The translations under genes and the position numbers were made by a program. The notes below the pieces were generated by a model, which ran no database searches, was not told the origin of the DNA, and worked only from the letters and a program-made list of their open reading frames with translations. A stretch of DNA of 64,000 nt from an uncultured Acidobacteriaceae bacterium. GTDB lineage: Bacteria > Acidobacteriota > Terriglobia > Terriglobales > Acidobacteriaceae. The DNA is taken from positions 476,378 through 540,377 of the forward strand of contig CAWHVT010000002.1 of NCBI GenBank assembly GCA_963832855.1. The letters are read 5' to 3'. Position 1 is the first letter of the stretch. Each line of letters opens with the position of its first letter. Of this stretch, positions 30,454 to 37,885 are shown one piece after another.

Positions 30454-31188
30454 CTAGGACGCGTCGCCGGGGTCCGGGTGAGGGGTAACCCTGCCTGAAT
30501 CGCCGTCATTGCTGGGAGCAGGCAGCGCAGCGCTGGGAGCTTCGTTGTCAGCGCTGGTGACATTGGCAACCGGCAACTGAAGGCTGGGATCGAAAAAGGC
30601 GAGCTTGGCTTTAACTACCGGACTGATGTGCGCCCACTCGCGTGCGATGCATTCGGGGTGTTGCAGCAAATAAGATTCCGCGAAGTATCCGGCACCGTCG
30701 CTGGGAATGAAATCACAACGGGCCATGACTGCGGCCACTCCGTCCACAGGCGACTGTGTATCTTCGGTGTCGGTCTCAGAGTAGGTAAAACCAAAGAACC
30801 GTCCGCCCGGACGTGCGCCGTCGATTAAGTCTTTCAGGAAAGTTGCAGCGTCAGTGTCGCCAGTGGCGGCGCGTATGAATTGCGCTTCAATGGCTACTTC
30901 GTTCCAGCTTGCACCGGGTTTCAAACCTACTGCGATTGCAGCCGCATTCGGCGCACGCTGACCCGATCTGCGAATTGCGCACTTACGAAAACTGCGATCT
31001 TCGCGGACTTTTCCGCCCGGATTCGGAGAGCTGCCCGGTTGGAACTGGACTGGTGATGGATTGCTTGCGGAGTATGCTGTAGACGGCGGATTTTTCTTGC
31101 GTTTTACTGTGTCGAGCACAACGTGCTGCACGGATTTCTTTTTTGTCTTCTTTGTTGATTTCTTCGGTGCTGTTTTTTTCGTTGCCAT
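30454..31188 (-). CDS. DUF5681-like protein, putative terminase small subunit
   Basis: FQPGSSPNPGGK motif plus WNEVAIEAQFIRAATGDTDAATFLKDLIDG; Lys-rich N-tail; AAAGGAA RBS. Confidence 0.65.
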   Translation of the reverse strand: MATKKTAPKKSTKKTKKKSVQHVVLDTVKRKKNPPSTAYSASNPSPVQFQPGSSPNPGGKVREDRSFRKCAIRRSGQRAPNAAAIAVGLKPGASWNEVAIEAQFIRAATGDTDAATFLKDLIDGARPGGRFFGFTYSETDTEDTQSPVDGVAAVMARCDFIPSDGAGYFAESYLLQHPECIAREWAHISPVVKAKLAFFDPSLQLPVANVTSADNEAPSAALPAPSNDGDSGRVTPHPDPGDAS

Positions 31189-31214
31189 ACTGGTTCCTTT
31201 CGTTAGTTAAGTAA

Positions 31215-31241
31215 GGACTTCACTCAGCGTCAGTGAAATCC
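31215..31241 (-). terminator. Hairpin (possible attenuator) upstream of the TerS-like gene
   Basis: Minus strand GGAUUUCACU-7nt-AGUGAAGUCC with one U.G pair, followed by UUACUUAACU. Confidence 0.4.
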
Positions 31242-31242
31242 C

Positions 31243-31587
31243 TCACGGCATGAACCTTTCCATTCTCGTGCGTGCTCTGGCGCGCTCAGCCCAAAGCAAC
31301 ACCTGCGCTCTCTCTTGCTCCATCGCGCGCCGCGCCCGACACTCCTGATTCTGAAGGCTGCGTAGTGTCGCACTGGGAAATTCGCCATCGATATAAATGC
31401 CACTGCGAACGGCGAGCTTCGCGCGGCTCAGCACCAATGCGCAAGCGCGCCAGTAGCGATGACATGGAGGTTCAGGGAAAGGCGCATTCCAGCGGAGATG
31501 CCGCGCCCGTGGTCGCAGGTTTCCGCGCCGGTCGATCAATTGTGCGAACTGGAGCAATGCGGCGGTTTGTCTATCTTCAATCTTCAT
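31243..31587 (-). CDS. Hypothetical Arg-rich satellite protein (114 aa)
   Basis: GAGGTG RBS before ATG 31587; same strand as the operon. Confidence 0.55.
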   Translation of the reverse strand: MKIEDRQTAALLQFAQLIDRRGNLRPRARHLRWNAPFPEPPCHRYWRACALVLSRAKLAVRSGIYIDGEFPSATLRSLQNQECRARRAMEQERAQVLLWAERARARTRMERFMP

Positions 31588-31607
31588 AGTTCACCTCGAA
31601 AAGTGTT

Positions 31608-31797
31608 GTGCGGGCCGATGGCCTTGAAACACCGGCCCGCACGCGAGCAGCGCAACGTGAGAAGGGCAGGCACGTCGCGCTGCATGTCGAATCTTGCGCG
31701 GCGAGTGGATGAGACAAACACCCGCCGCGCTTTGTGACCGGGAGCAGGAGTATCCCCCGGTGTTCGCCCTCCGAGTGCCTGCCACACCCGGCGCGAA
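31608..31797 (-). ncRNA. Candidate structured RNA: five tandem hairpins
   Basis: Stems of 13, 13, 12, 8 and 8 bp; all six stem mismatches are A.C on plus and therefore G.U on minus. Confidence 0.55.
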
Positions 31798-31807
31798 TTC
31801 AAGATTG

Positions 31808-32317
31808 TTATTGTGGAGCAAACACGCCTCCCACGCGATCTACACCCGACGAATTCTGAAGTTGGTTGATAAAATCACTTTCCGCAAATTCCAACTGCTG
31901 TACGCGCTCCCTGATCCCGATGGCCTCGATCCGAAGCAGTTCGATATTTCCCAGCGTCTGCTTCGCCTTTTTCAACTCCTCCAGCCGCTCGTTGAGGGTG
32001 CGCACGCCGTCAAACCACTGCACGGCTTCTGGCTCATTCGGCAAAAAGTCGCAGACTGCCGGACGGCCAGCAGCATGGTAGCCTTGCGCCGCGATCACCG
32101 ACATCATATTTCTGTGGATGGCATCGAGTTCGGGTTGCGCGTTGAAAATCTTCTTGGCCAGCTTCTCAAACTCGCGCCGTTTGATTTTGAGTTCGCCACG
32201 CACGGCGACAAGGTTGGCAACGAGCTTGGTGCGGCGCTCCTTGCGCTCGGTGGCTTCGATCTCGGCAAGCTGCGCACGCAGTTCGTCGGCGCTAGGTTTT
32301 TTCTTTTTCGTGGTCAT
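31808..32317 (-). CDS. Hypothetical coiled-coil satellite protein (169 aa)
   Basis: AGAAGGGAG RBS; heptad-rich charged helices. Confidence 0.75.
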   Translation of the reverse strand: MTTKKKKPSADELRAQLAEIEATERKERRTKLVANLVAVRGELKIKRREFEKLAKKIFNAQPELDAIHRNMMSVIAAQGYHAAGRPAVCDFLPNEPEAVQWFDGVRTLNERLEELKKAKQTLGNIELLRIEAIGIRERVQQLEFAESDFINQLQNSSGVDRVGGVFAPQ

Positions 32318-32493
32318 GGTCTAGCTCCCTTCTTGGTTGTGTTGCGTTCATCGACTGGCTCGGCCTTCATCCACCAGCCGTCGATAGGTTGGCGCTGTGG
32401 CAGCACCGGTGGAGCAATGGGTACGCCGCTGTCGCCGTAGCGGACAAGACTCCAATAGACGGCATGCAGCCGGTTCAGAACGGCGGGCGTCAT
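32314..32493 (-). CDS. Small hypothetical protein (59 aa), absent from the ORF track
   Basis: MTPAVLNRLHAVYWSLVRYGDSGVPIAPPVLPQRQPIDGWWMKAEPVDERNTTKKGARP*; ATGA overlaps at both ends. Confidence 0.65.
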   Translation of the reverse strand: MTPAVLNRLHAVYWSLVRYGDSGVPIAPPVLPQRQPIDGWWMKAEPVDERNTTKKGARP

Positions 32494-32741
32494 CCTTTGG
32501 CCTCATCTTCCTGACCTTTGCCCAACGCCTCATCGTGGGCCAGAGCGTCGCTGGGTGAAGATGGAGCCTGTCGTGGAATCGAGGTGCGCGATTCCGTGCG
32601 CGTCGGAGTGCTGGTCACGTTCTCGAATGGATCGGTGTTATCGCGCGCCGGGGTTGGGTCGTCGAAATCCGGCGCACCGTTGATAAGCACGTCGCTGGGC
32701 GAGCCGCTGAATTTTCTGTTGTCCCATTTTTGTTCTGCCAT
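32490..32741 (-). CDS. Hypothetical acidic/Pro-rich protein (83 aa)
   Basis: AAGGAGA RBS; coupled to the downstream ORF. Confidence 0.6.
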   Translation of the reverse strand: MAEQKWDNRKFSGSPSDVLINGAPDFDDPTPARDNTDPFENVTSTPTRTESRTSIPRQAPSSPSDALAHDEALGKGQEDEAKG

Positions 32742-32773
32742 GATGATTCTCCTTGTAAGTTAGAAGTTGAGGT

Positions 32774-32968
32774 TTACGGCGTAGGAATTTTGCTTTCCGT
32801 GCCATGTAGAGTGCAACTCAAACTGGTGAAAATCAGACCGCCCACAGGTTTGTGTCTGCCAGTGCAAATGCATTCGCGGCGAACTAGAGGAAGAGTTTCC
32901 CGTGAGCGCTCCAACAATTCAGCTTTGCGCCTCCTGCCAACGCCGCAAATCCCGCTGTTACTTTTCAT
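32774..32968 (-). CDS. Possible small Cys-containing protein (64 aa)
   Basis: ATG 32968 after AGGGGAAGGA; same strand as the operon; competes with an antisense ORF. Confidence 0.35.
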   Translation of the reverse strand: MKSNSGICGVGRRRKAELLERSRETLPLVRRECICTGRHKPVGGLIFTSLSCTLHGTESKIPTP

Positions 32969-33286
32969 GCGATCCTTCCCCTTGGCTGTTTGGTTTCCGC
33001 GAAATCCACCGCAATTTCGCGCTCGAAAAAGAAAAATCATTGAAAGCGCGTGGCTTGCCCACCTGCGACTTCCTGCTTATGAAGCAGCATGGCTGAAAAA
33101 GGCACACGGGCCTGCGGGTTGAAGAGGTCCGCTGGCCCGTGTGGGCGAAGTGGCGAACCACTTTGCACGTGGCGCGTGGAGAGCGGGGACAAGACCACCC
33201 TCCACGTGTTGCGGCGCTGTAGAGGACGCCGCGCATCGGGGCAGACGGAGTGGAATGCCCCGAACTTGATACCGGGAGGGGGTATA

Positions 33287-33386
33287 ACACGCGACAAGTA
33301 CCCGATCTCTGTAAAACTGTCGTTTCTGTCGCGTGTCGTGTGTTGGGAACACGCGACAGTAACGACAGAAAAGACAACAACGACAG
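33287..33386. other. Putative replication origin (iterons)
   Basis: CTGTCGCGTGT/ACACGCGACAG and CTGTCGTT/AACGACAG inverted pairs plus extra copies, just downstream of the primase-helicase. Confidence 0.6.
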
Positions 33387-33427
33387 TAATGTCCATTTAT
33401 CAGTGATCGAGGAATTGTCGTGTGTTC

Positions 33428-35236
33428 TCACCGCTTTTCCTCCACTTTTTGTCCCGGTAGCGACCACTTCACAACCTTCCCCGGTCCCGGTTTATCGCGA
33501 TGCACACCGATCCGGTTGGCTGCGCGCTGCAACATGCGCAGCTCGTGATCGCCCGCTGCCAGCAGATACTCCAGTGTCCGGGGACCAGCGGCTAGTTGCT
33601 TCTTTAGGAACTCTCTTGCGCGTGTCACGCCTGTTTGCGCTTGGGTAGTTTTCTCAGGTGCCGTCAGATCACCCAGTGTGCACTTCGATTCACCCTTCCA
33701 GACCAGCTTGGCATTGTCGGCGTGCTTTTCCTTCACGTCTTCAATGGCGAAACGCAGCCCCGGCGCAGGCTTACCGATTTTGTTTTGTACGGTGAGCATG
33801 TGGCGATTATTCGGCTCGTCAGCACAGGTGCCGATTATGAACTCGATACGCACGCACGCGGAAAAGTCAATCGACCCTATGCCTCTGTGAATGGCCCTGC
33901 CTCCGCTGGCTTTGGAAAGGTGCCTGATGATGACAACTCCGATGTTGTACTTTTTTGCCAGCCGCACAACGTTGTCCATGAGCGGTCGCGTTTCACTGGC
34001 TTTGTGAAAATCGGCGCTGGAGCCAAAGTACGATTGCAAAGGATCGAAGACCACAAGATCGATTTTGTTTTTCTCAATGGCGCGCTCGACGAGTGTGAGA
34101 TCGGCGAACGAAATGCCTGTGCTATTGCCATCGGCGTTTTCCGCTCCTTCAACTACGGCGAAGTGCCGAAAGTCTCCACCAGCCAAACGAAATCGCGCAT
34201 GAAGCACATGCTCAGGGTCGTTTTCATTTGTCACATACAGCGTGCGAAGAACCGGGCACTTCTCGCCGGTGACAGGGACTCTTCCACATGAGAAATCCGC
34301 TGCCGCCTTCACAGTTACGAACGATTTTCCTTCGCCGGGATTGCCTGAGAGCAGAGTGATCTCTCCGCGCGCGATCCGTCCTCTCCAGATGTAGTCCACG
34401 GGCTTTTCCGTGACTTCTGTCAGCCAGCGCATAATCAACCTCCCTTCTCCTTGGGTTTTGCTCGCTTCAAACAACGGCGCTGCACTGCAAAGCGAGTCGA
34501 ACAGTTCCTTGCCGTGTGGTTGTGCCAGCACATCATCAAGGCCGGTCTTACCGTCAGCAGTGAGGCGTGGCAACGATATGATGTGCACCAGCCCGCCGCG
34601 CGCCGTGAGTAGGGCTGCGAGCTTCTCCTGCGCGCGCTGCACGTTCTTGTTTCCGCTGGCGTCGGCGTCGAAGGCCAGATAGACTGTGCGGTTCTTCCAT
34701 TTGATCTTTTGCAGCAAAGGCACAAGCTCAGAGCATTTGCTGGCAGATGCGAATCCGTTGAATACGCCGCCCAGCGAGATCACGATGATTCCGTGTTTGG
34801 CACCGGCTAGTGCACGCGGCTCGCCTTCGCTGAGGATGAGCGGAATTTTCACGTTGCCAAAAATCTCCGGCCACGGCAGGATCGATACACAATAAGGAAC
34901 AGACTCGGTGTTGCTTGATTGCAGGAACTTCACCTTTTCCCCTTTGATCGTGCGCTCAAAGCGGAGACGAAGCCTGCTGCCCGGTTGTAGCCTGCCGGTC
35001 AGCGGATCGTAGTTCCTGAAGTCGAGTCCTTCGCGCGTTTCATCAGTGCGTAAAATGACTCCACACGCTTTCGCGAGAGAGAGATCGCTTCCACGCTGGG
35101 AGAGATATTCTTCAGCCCACTCCTGCGTGGTTTGTTCATGCTGCGGCGTTGGTTTGGATTTTGCGGGAACGAGTCGCGGTTCACGCTTCTGTTTTTTCAG
35201 CGCAGCCGGTGCCTTGAACTTGAGTTTTTCGACCAT
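33428..35236 (-). CDS. Primase-helicase fusion (DUF3854-like Toprim + AAA_25/RecA-type ATPase)
   Basis: ILSEGEP, VYLAFDAD (DxD), Walker A GNPGEGKS, Walker B LVVFDPL, IIRHLSK. Confidence 0.85.
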   Translation of the reverse strand: MVEKLKFKAPAALKKQKREPRLVPAKSKPTPQHEQTTQEWAEEYLSQRGSDLSLAKACGVILRTDETREGLDFRNYDPLTGRLQPGSRLRLRFERTIKGEKVKFLQSSNTESVPYCVSILPWPEIFGNVKIPLILSEGEPRALAGAKHGIIVISLGGVFNGFASASKCSELVPLLQKIKWKNRTVYLAFDADASGNKNVQRAQEKLAALLTARGGLVHIISLPRLTADGKTGLDDVLAQPHGKELFDSLCSAAPLFEASKTQGEGRLIMRWLTEVTEKPVDYIWRGRIARGEITLLSGNPGEGKSFVTVKAAADFSCGRVPVTGEKCPVLRTLYVTNENDPEHVLHARFRLAGGDFRHFAVVEGAENADGNSTGISFADLTLVERAIEKNKIDLVVFDPLQSYFGSSADFHKASETRPLMDNVVRLAKKYNIGVVIIRHLSKASGGRAIHRGIGSIDFSACVRIEFIIGTCADEPNNRHMLTVQNKIGKPAPGLRFAIEDVKEKHADNAKLVWKGESKCTLGDLTAPEKTTQAQTGVTRAREFLKKQLAAGPRTLEYLLAAGDHELRMLQRAANRIGVHRDKPGPGKVVKWSLPGQKVEEKR

Positions 35237-35406
35237 GTCCGCTCCGTCAACCAAAATCTTTGTGCTCTAAAAGGCCGCTGTTGTTCGTGTGTTTTACGCG
35301 CCCATCCGCTGAACAAGCAGGCGTTCGCAGGTAGGCAGGTTGCACACTTTAAACGATCCCCCTGCGCGGACCGCGCCAACCGCGGCGAAAAATGCGGAAA
35401 TCGTGG

Positions 35407-35628
35407 TCACCGGCGCGCCTTCCGTGCGGGCACGGTCCCAGCATCGATCAACCTGTCGAGCACATCCTGAGGGATGCAGACACTACGCCCGATGTGGACG
35501 TGCTCAATCTGTCTCCGCCAAATCCACTGGCGCAACGTCGCGACCTTCACCGCGCCGCCCAGATATTCAGCCGCCTTAGGGATGCGAAACAGGCGGCGCT
35601 GAGTTCGAGTGTTTTGTTGGACTGCCAT
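35407..35628 (-). CDS. Excisionase/AlpA-like HTH protein
   Basis: LFRIPKAAEYLG...TLRQWIWRRQI...IGRSVCIP; AGGAGG RBS. Confidence 0.85.
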   Translation of the reverse strand: MAVQQNTRTQRRLFRIPKAAEYLGGAVKVATLRQWIWRRQIEHVHIGRSVCIPQDVLDRLIDAGTVPARKARR

Positions 35629-35724
35629 CGGAGTCCTCCTGTGTTTATTACCTCTCAGGCTCTCTCGCGTGTGTGACTTTTCTTTGTTAAACTATTTTTA
35701 GCTGTTTAGTGCTAACATCAATGT

Positions 35725-36414
35725 ATGGCGAGTCACGGCCCACTTCCCGTCTACTTCCTCGATGAAACAGCGCTGGTGCGAATGCGCGACTTCCTGAACG
35801 ATGGCAAATGCGGGCGGGAGACTATTGATGAAGGAGACCGGACCGAACTCCGCACACTGATTGACGATTGGCTGGGGGCCGGAAAGAACTGGCGGCGATT
35901 CATCGCTCGCAGGCTGAAGGCGCATAGGTCTGTGGGCTTCACAAGTGGGACGTTCAATATCCCATCGCACACGGCGCGTCCTGTTCCTGTTCACTACCCC
36001 GCACCGAAGGCAACGTATGCGGAAGGTGTATTCCTTCAATTCATCCTTCATCCTGAACGCGAACAACTGGACGGCCCATGCCGCCGCGTGAATTGCGGGC
36101 GCTACTTTCTGCGCGAGACCGCACATCCGAAGGTGTACTGCTCACGAGCTTGCGCCACTAAGGACTCTGCGGTTTTCGCAATGCGCGAGAAACGAGAGGA
36201 TGAATTCCGTGAACTGAAAAAGAGAGTGTTGAGCGCCATTGCAAGGTACACGGACAATCGGCGGCAAGGCGACTGGCGCATCTATGTTGAAACCGAAACG
36301 GGCGTCACAGTGCGCACCCTGAACGGCTGGGTCAAAAGGAGATTCATCAAAGCTCCGCCCACCGCCCGGAGACGCGTAAACCAACCACCAAGAAAACCGA
36401 CGAGAAGGAGATGA
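35725..36414 (+). CDS. CGNR-type zinc-finger protein, putative element regulator
   Basis: CRRVNCGRYF...YCSRAC; basic C-terminal helices; divergent from the xis-like gene. Confidence 0.7.
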   Translation: MASHGPLPVYFLDETALVRMRDFLNDGKCGRETIDEGDRTELRTLIDDWLGAGKNWRRFIARRLKAHRSVGFTSGTFNIPSHTARPVPVHYPAPKATYAEGVFLQFILHPEREQLDGPCRRVNCGRYFLRETAHPKVYCSRACATKDSAVFAMREKREDEFRELKKRVLSAIARYTDNRRQGDWRIYVETETGVTVRTLNGWVKRRFIKAPPTARRRVNQPPRKPTRRR

Positions 36415-36418
36415 ACCG

Positions 36419-37702
36419 ATGGGACTCTATCGACAATCAGGGAGCAAAATCTTCGCGATAGATTTTGTCTTTCATGGCAGGCGCATCCGCCGAACTACGG
36501 GGCTAACCCGCAAGCAGGATGCGCGTGAATTCTTCGACAACTTCAAAGAGGACCTCAAGAAAAAGGCAGCGGGCATTCAAAAAAAGAAACAGCCTGATTT
36601 CTTCAAAGATGCCGCGGCAAAGTGGCAGGAACACAAACTCGCAAAGGGCAAATGGAAAAGCGCCAAGACGCGAGACATTGCCCGTGTTGCTCTGAATCAC
36701 ATCTTGCCCCGCCTAGGCGACCTGCTCCTAATTGAGGTTGAGTCTAATCACATTACTGGGTATCAGGAGTTTCGCAAACAGCAAGGTGCAAGTGACCGAA
36801 CCATCGATATTGAAGTCTCTGTGGTTCGGCAAGTCTTGCAGAAATACGGTCGCTGGGAAGCGTTGAAAGAGGATGTGGATTCAAAGTTGGATGAAGAGAA
36901 GGAAGTAGGCCGAGTGCTCACTGCCGAACAGCAGCGCATCCTACTCACTGAATGCTCTCGGTCCGCATCGCGCGGCCTGTTGCCTTTCGTTGTGCTCGCA
37001 ATTGAGTGCGGCGCTCGTTATGGTGTCATCCGCAAACTGCAATGGGGCGGGGTGGATTTTGTGAACCGCACCGTCCGATTCGGCAAAGACAAAACGAAAT
37101 CAGGCACAGGTCGAACCATTCCACTGAATCAACGGGCCGTGTCAGCTTTGACCTTTTGGGCGGAGCAGTTCCCCGACCGCGAGGCGGAGCACTATGTCTT
37201 TCCATCGGAGAAGTACGGCCTCCACGGGACCAAAGGCGAATTTGGCGGTCGTGTGGAGGTCTTCGAATGCGACCCGAAAAAGCCGGTTGGTTCCATTTCC
37301 TCCGCGTGGGAAACCGCTCGCGCAGCGACGCGGCATCATTGCCCGGAGTGCGATGGAATACTGATTGATTGTGCGAAACCGGCAAGCGGGTACGTCTGCG
37401 ACTCTTGCCGTTTCGAGACCGCGGAACTTCCCGAAGGGGTAAGTCGCTTCCGGTTCCACGATCTCCGCCACAGTTGTGTTACGCGTCTAGTCCAAGGCGG
37501 AACACCCGTCGTCAAGATCGCCAAGCTCGTGGGTTGGAGCAATTCGACAGCGATAAAGATGGCGCTGCGCTACTCCCATCCTTCAACCGAAGACTTGCGG
37601 GCCGATGTGGAAGCAGCGAGCCTGCCAGAACCCCCGGAGTCCAATCCAGTTCCGCGGTTTTCACCGCGGTCGGATGATCCGGGCAACGTCAACGTAAACT
37701 AA
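36419..37702 (+). CDS. int: Tyrosine recombinase/integrase
   Basis: ECGARYG (R), KTK (K), HDLRH, LVGW, LRYSH (Y); ends next to att. Confidence 0.95.
   Translation: MGLYRQSGSKIFAIDFVFHGRRIRRTTGLTRKQDAREFFDNFKEDLKKKAAGIQKKKQPDFFKDAAAKWQEHKLAKGKWKSAKTRDIARVALNHILPRLGDLLLIEVESNHITGYQEFRKQQGASDRTIDIEVSVVRQVLQKYGRWEALKEDVDSKLDEEKEVGRVLTAEQQRILLTECSRSASRGLLPFVVLAIECGARYGVIRKLQWGGVDFVNRTVRFGKDKTKSGTGRTIPLNQRAVSALTFWAEQFPDREAEHYVFPSEKYGLHGTKGEFGGRVEVFECDPKKPVGSISSAWETARAATRHHCPECDGILIDCAKPASGYVCDSCRFETAELPEGVSRFRFHDLRHSCVTRLVQGGTPVVKIAKLVGWSNSTAIKMALRYSHPSTEDLRADVEAASLPEPPESNPVPRFSPRSDDPGNVNVN
37650..37670. repeat. Probable integrase arm-type site, right arm
   Basis: Identical 21-mer to 30149-30169. 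Confidence 0.75.
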
Positions 37703-37717
37703 ATTATTGATTTCAAA
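37700..37717 (-). promoter_or_regulatory. IHF consensus site beside att
   Basis: Minus strand AATCAA-TAAT-TTA matches WATCAANNNNTTR. Confidence 0.6.
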
Positions 37718-37794
37718 TGGTGGGCAGTGAGGGACTCGAACCCCCGACTTCCTGCTTGTAAGGCAGGCGCTCTAACCAACTGAGCTAACCGCCC
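37718..37794 (-). tRNA. tRNA-Val (anticodon TAC), CCA encoded
   Basis: GGGCGGT/ACTGCCC acceptor stem, CCTGC-CTTACAA-GCAGG anticodon arm, TTCGAGT T-loop. Confidence 0.98.
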
Positions 37795-37885
37795 ACGCGG
37801 CCGCGAATCGATGCGTCCTACCGACATGATACCAGCGCGTTCATGATGCGGAAGACGCGGTACAGCCAATTGATAAACTCACCTG

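Larger units (their letters stand above)
29969..37762. mobile_element. tRNA-Val-integrated PICI/phage-satellite-like element (~7.7 kb)
   Basis: 47-bp direct repeat of the tRNA 3' half at both ends; integrase, Xis/AlpA, primase-helicase and TerS-like genes; no capsid or TerL gene. Confidence 0.9.

Noticed and set aside
31608-31797. Hairpin array as a CRISPR array or integron attC cluster
   Set aside because: Stems differ in sequence, there is no repeat-spacer periodicity, no cas or intI gene, and no RYYYAAC/GTTRRRY ends.
32902-33096. Plus-strand 64-aa Cys-rich ORF
   Set aside because: Antisense to the element's leftward operon and overlapping a minus ORF with a better RBS; neither is certain.
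33266-33288. TTGATA...TATAAC promoter
   Set aside because: The spacer is only 11 nt.
35238-35410. Small ORF between the xis-like gene and the primase (GTG 35410, 38 aa, CNLPTC)
   Set aside because: Too short and with competing frames; could be real but cannot be supported.
29969-37762. Complete prophage or conjugative ICE
   Set aside because: No head, tail, lysis, TerL, relaxase or T4SS genes.
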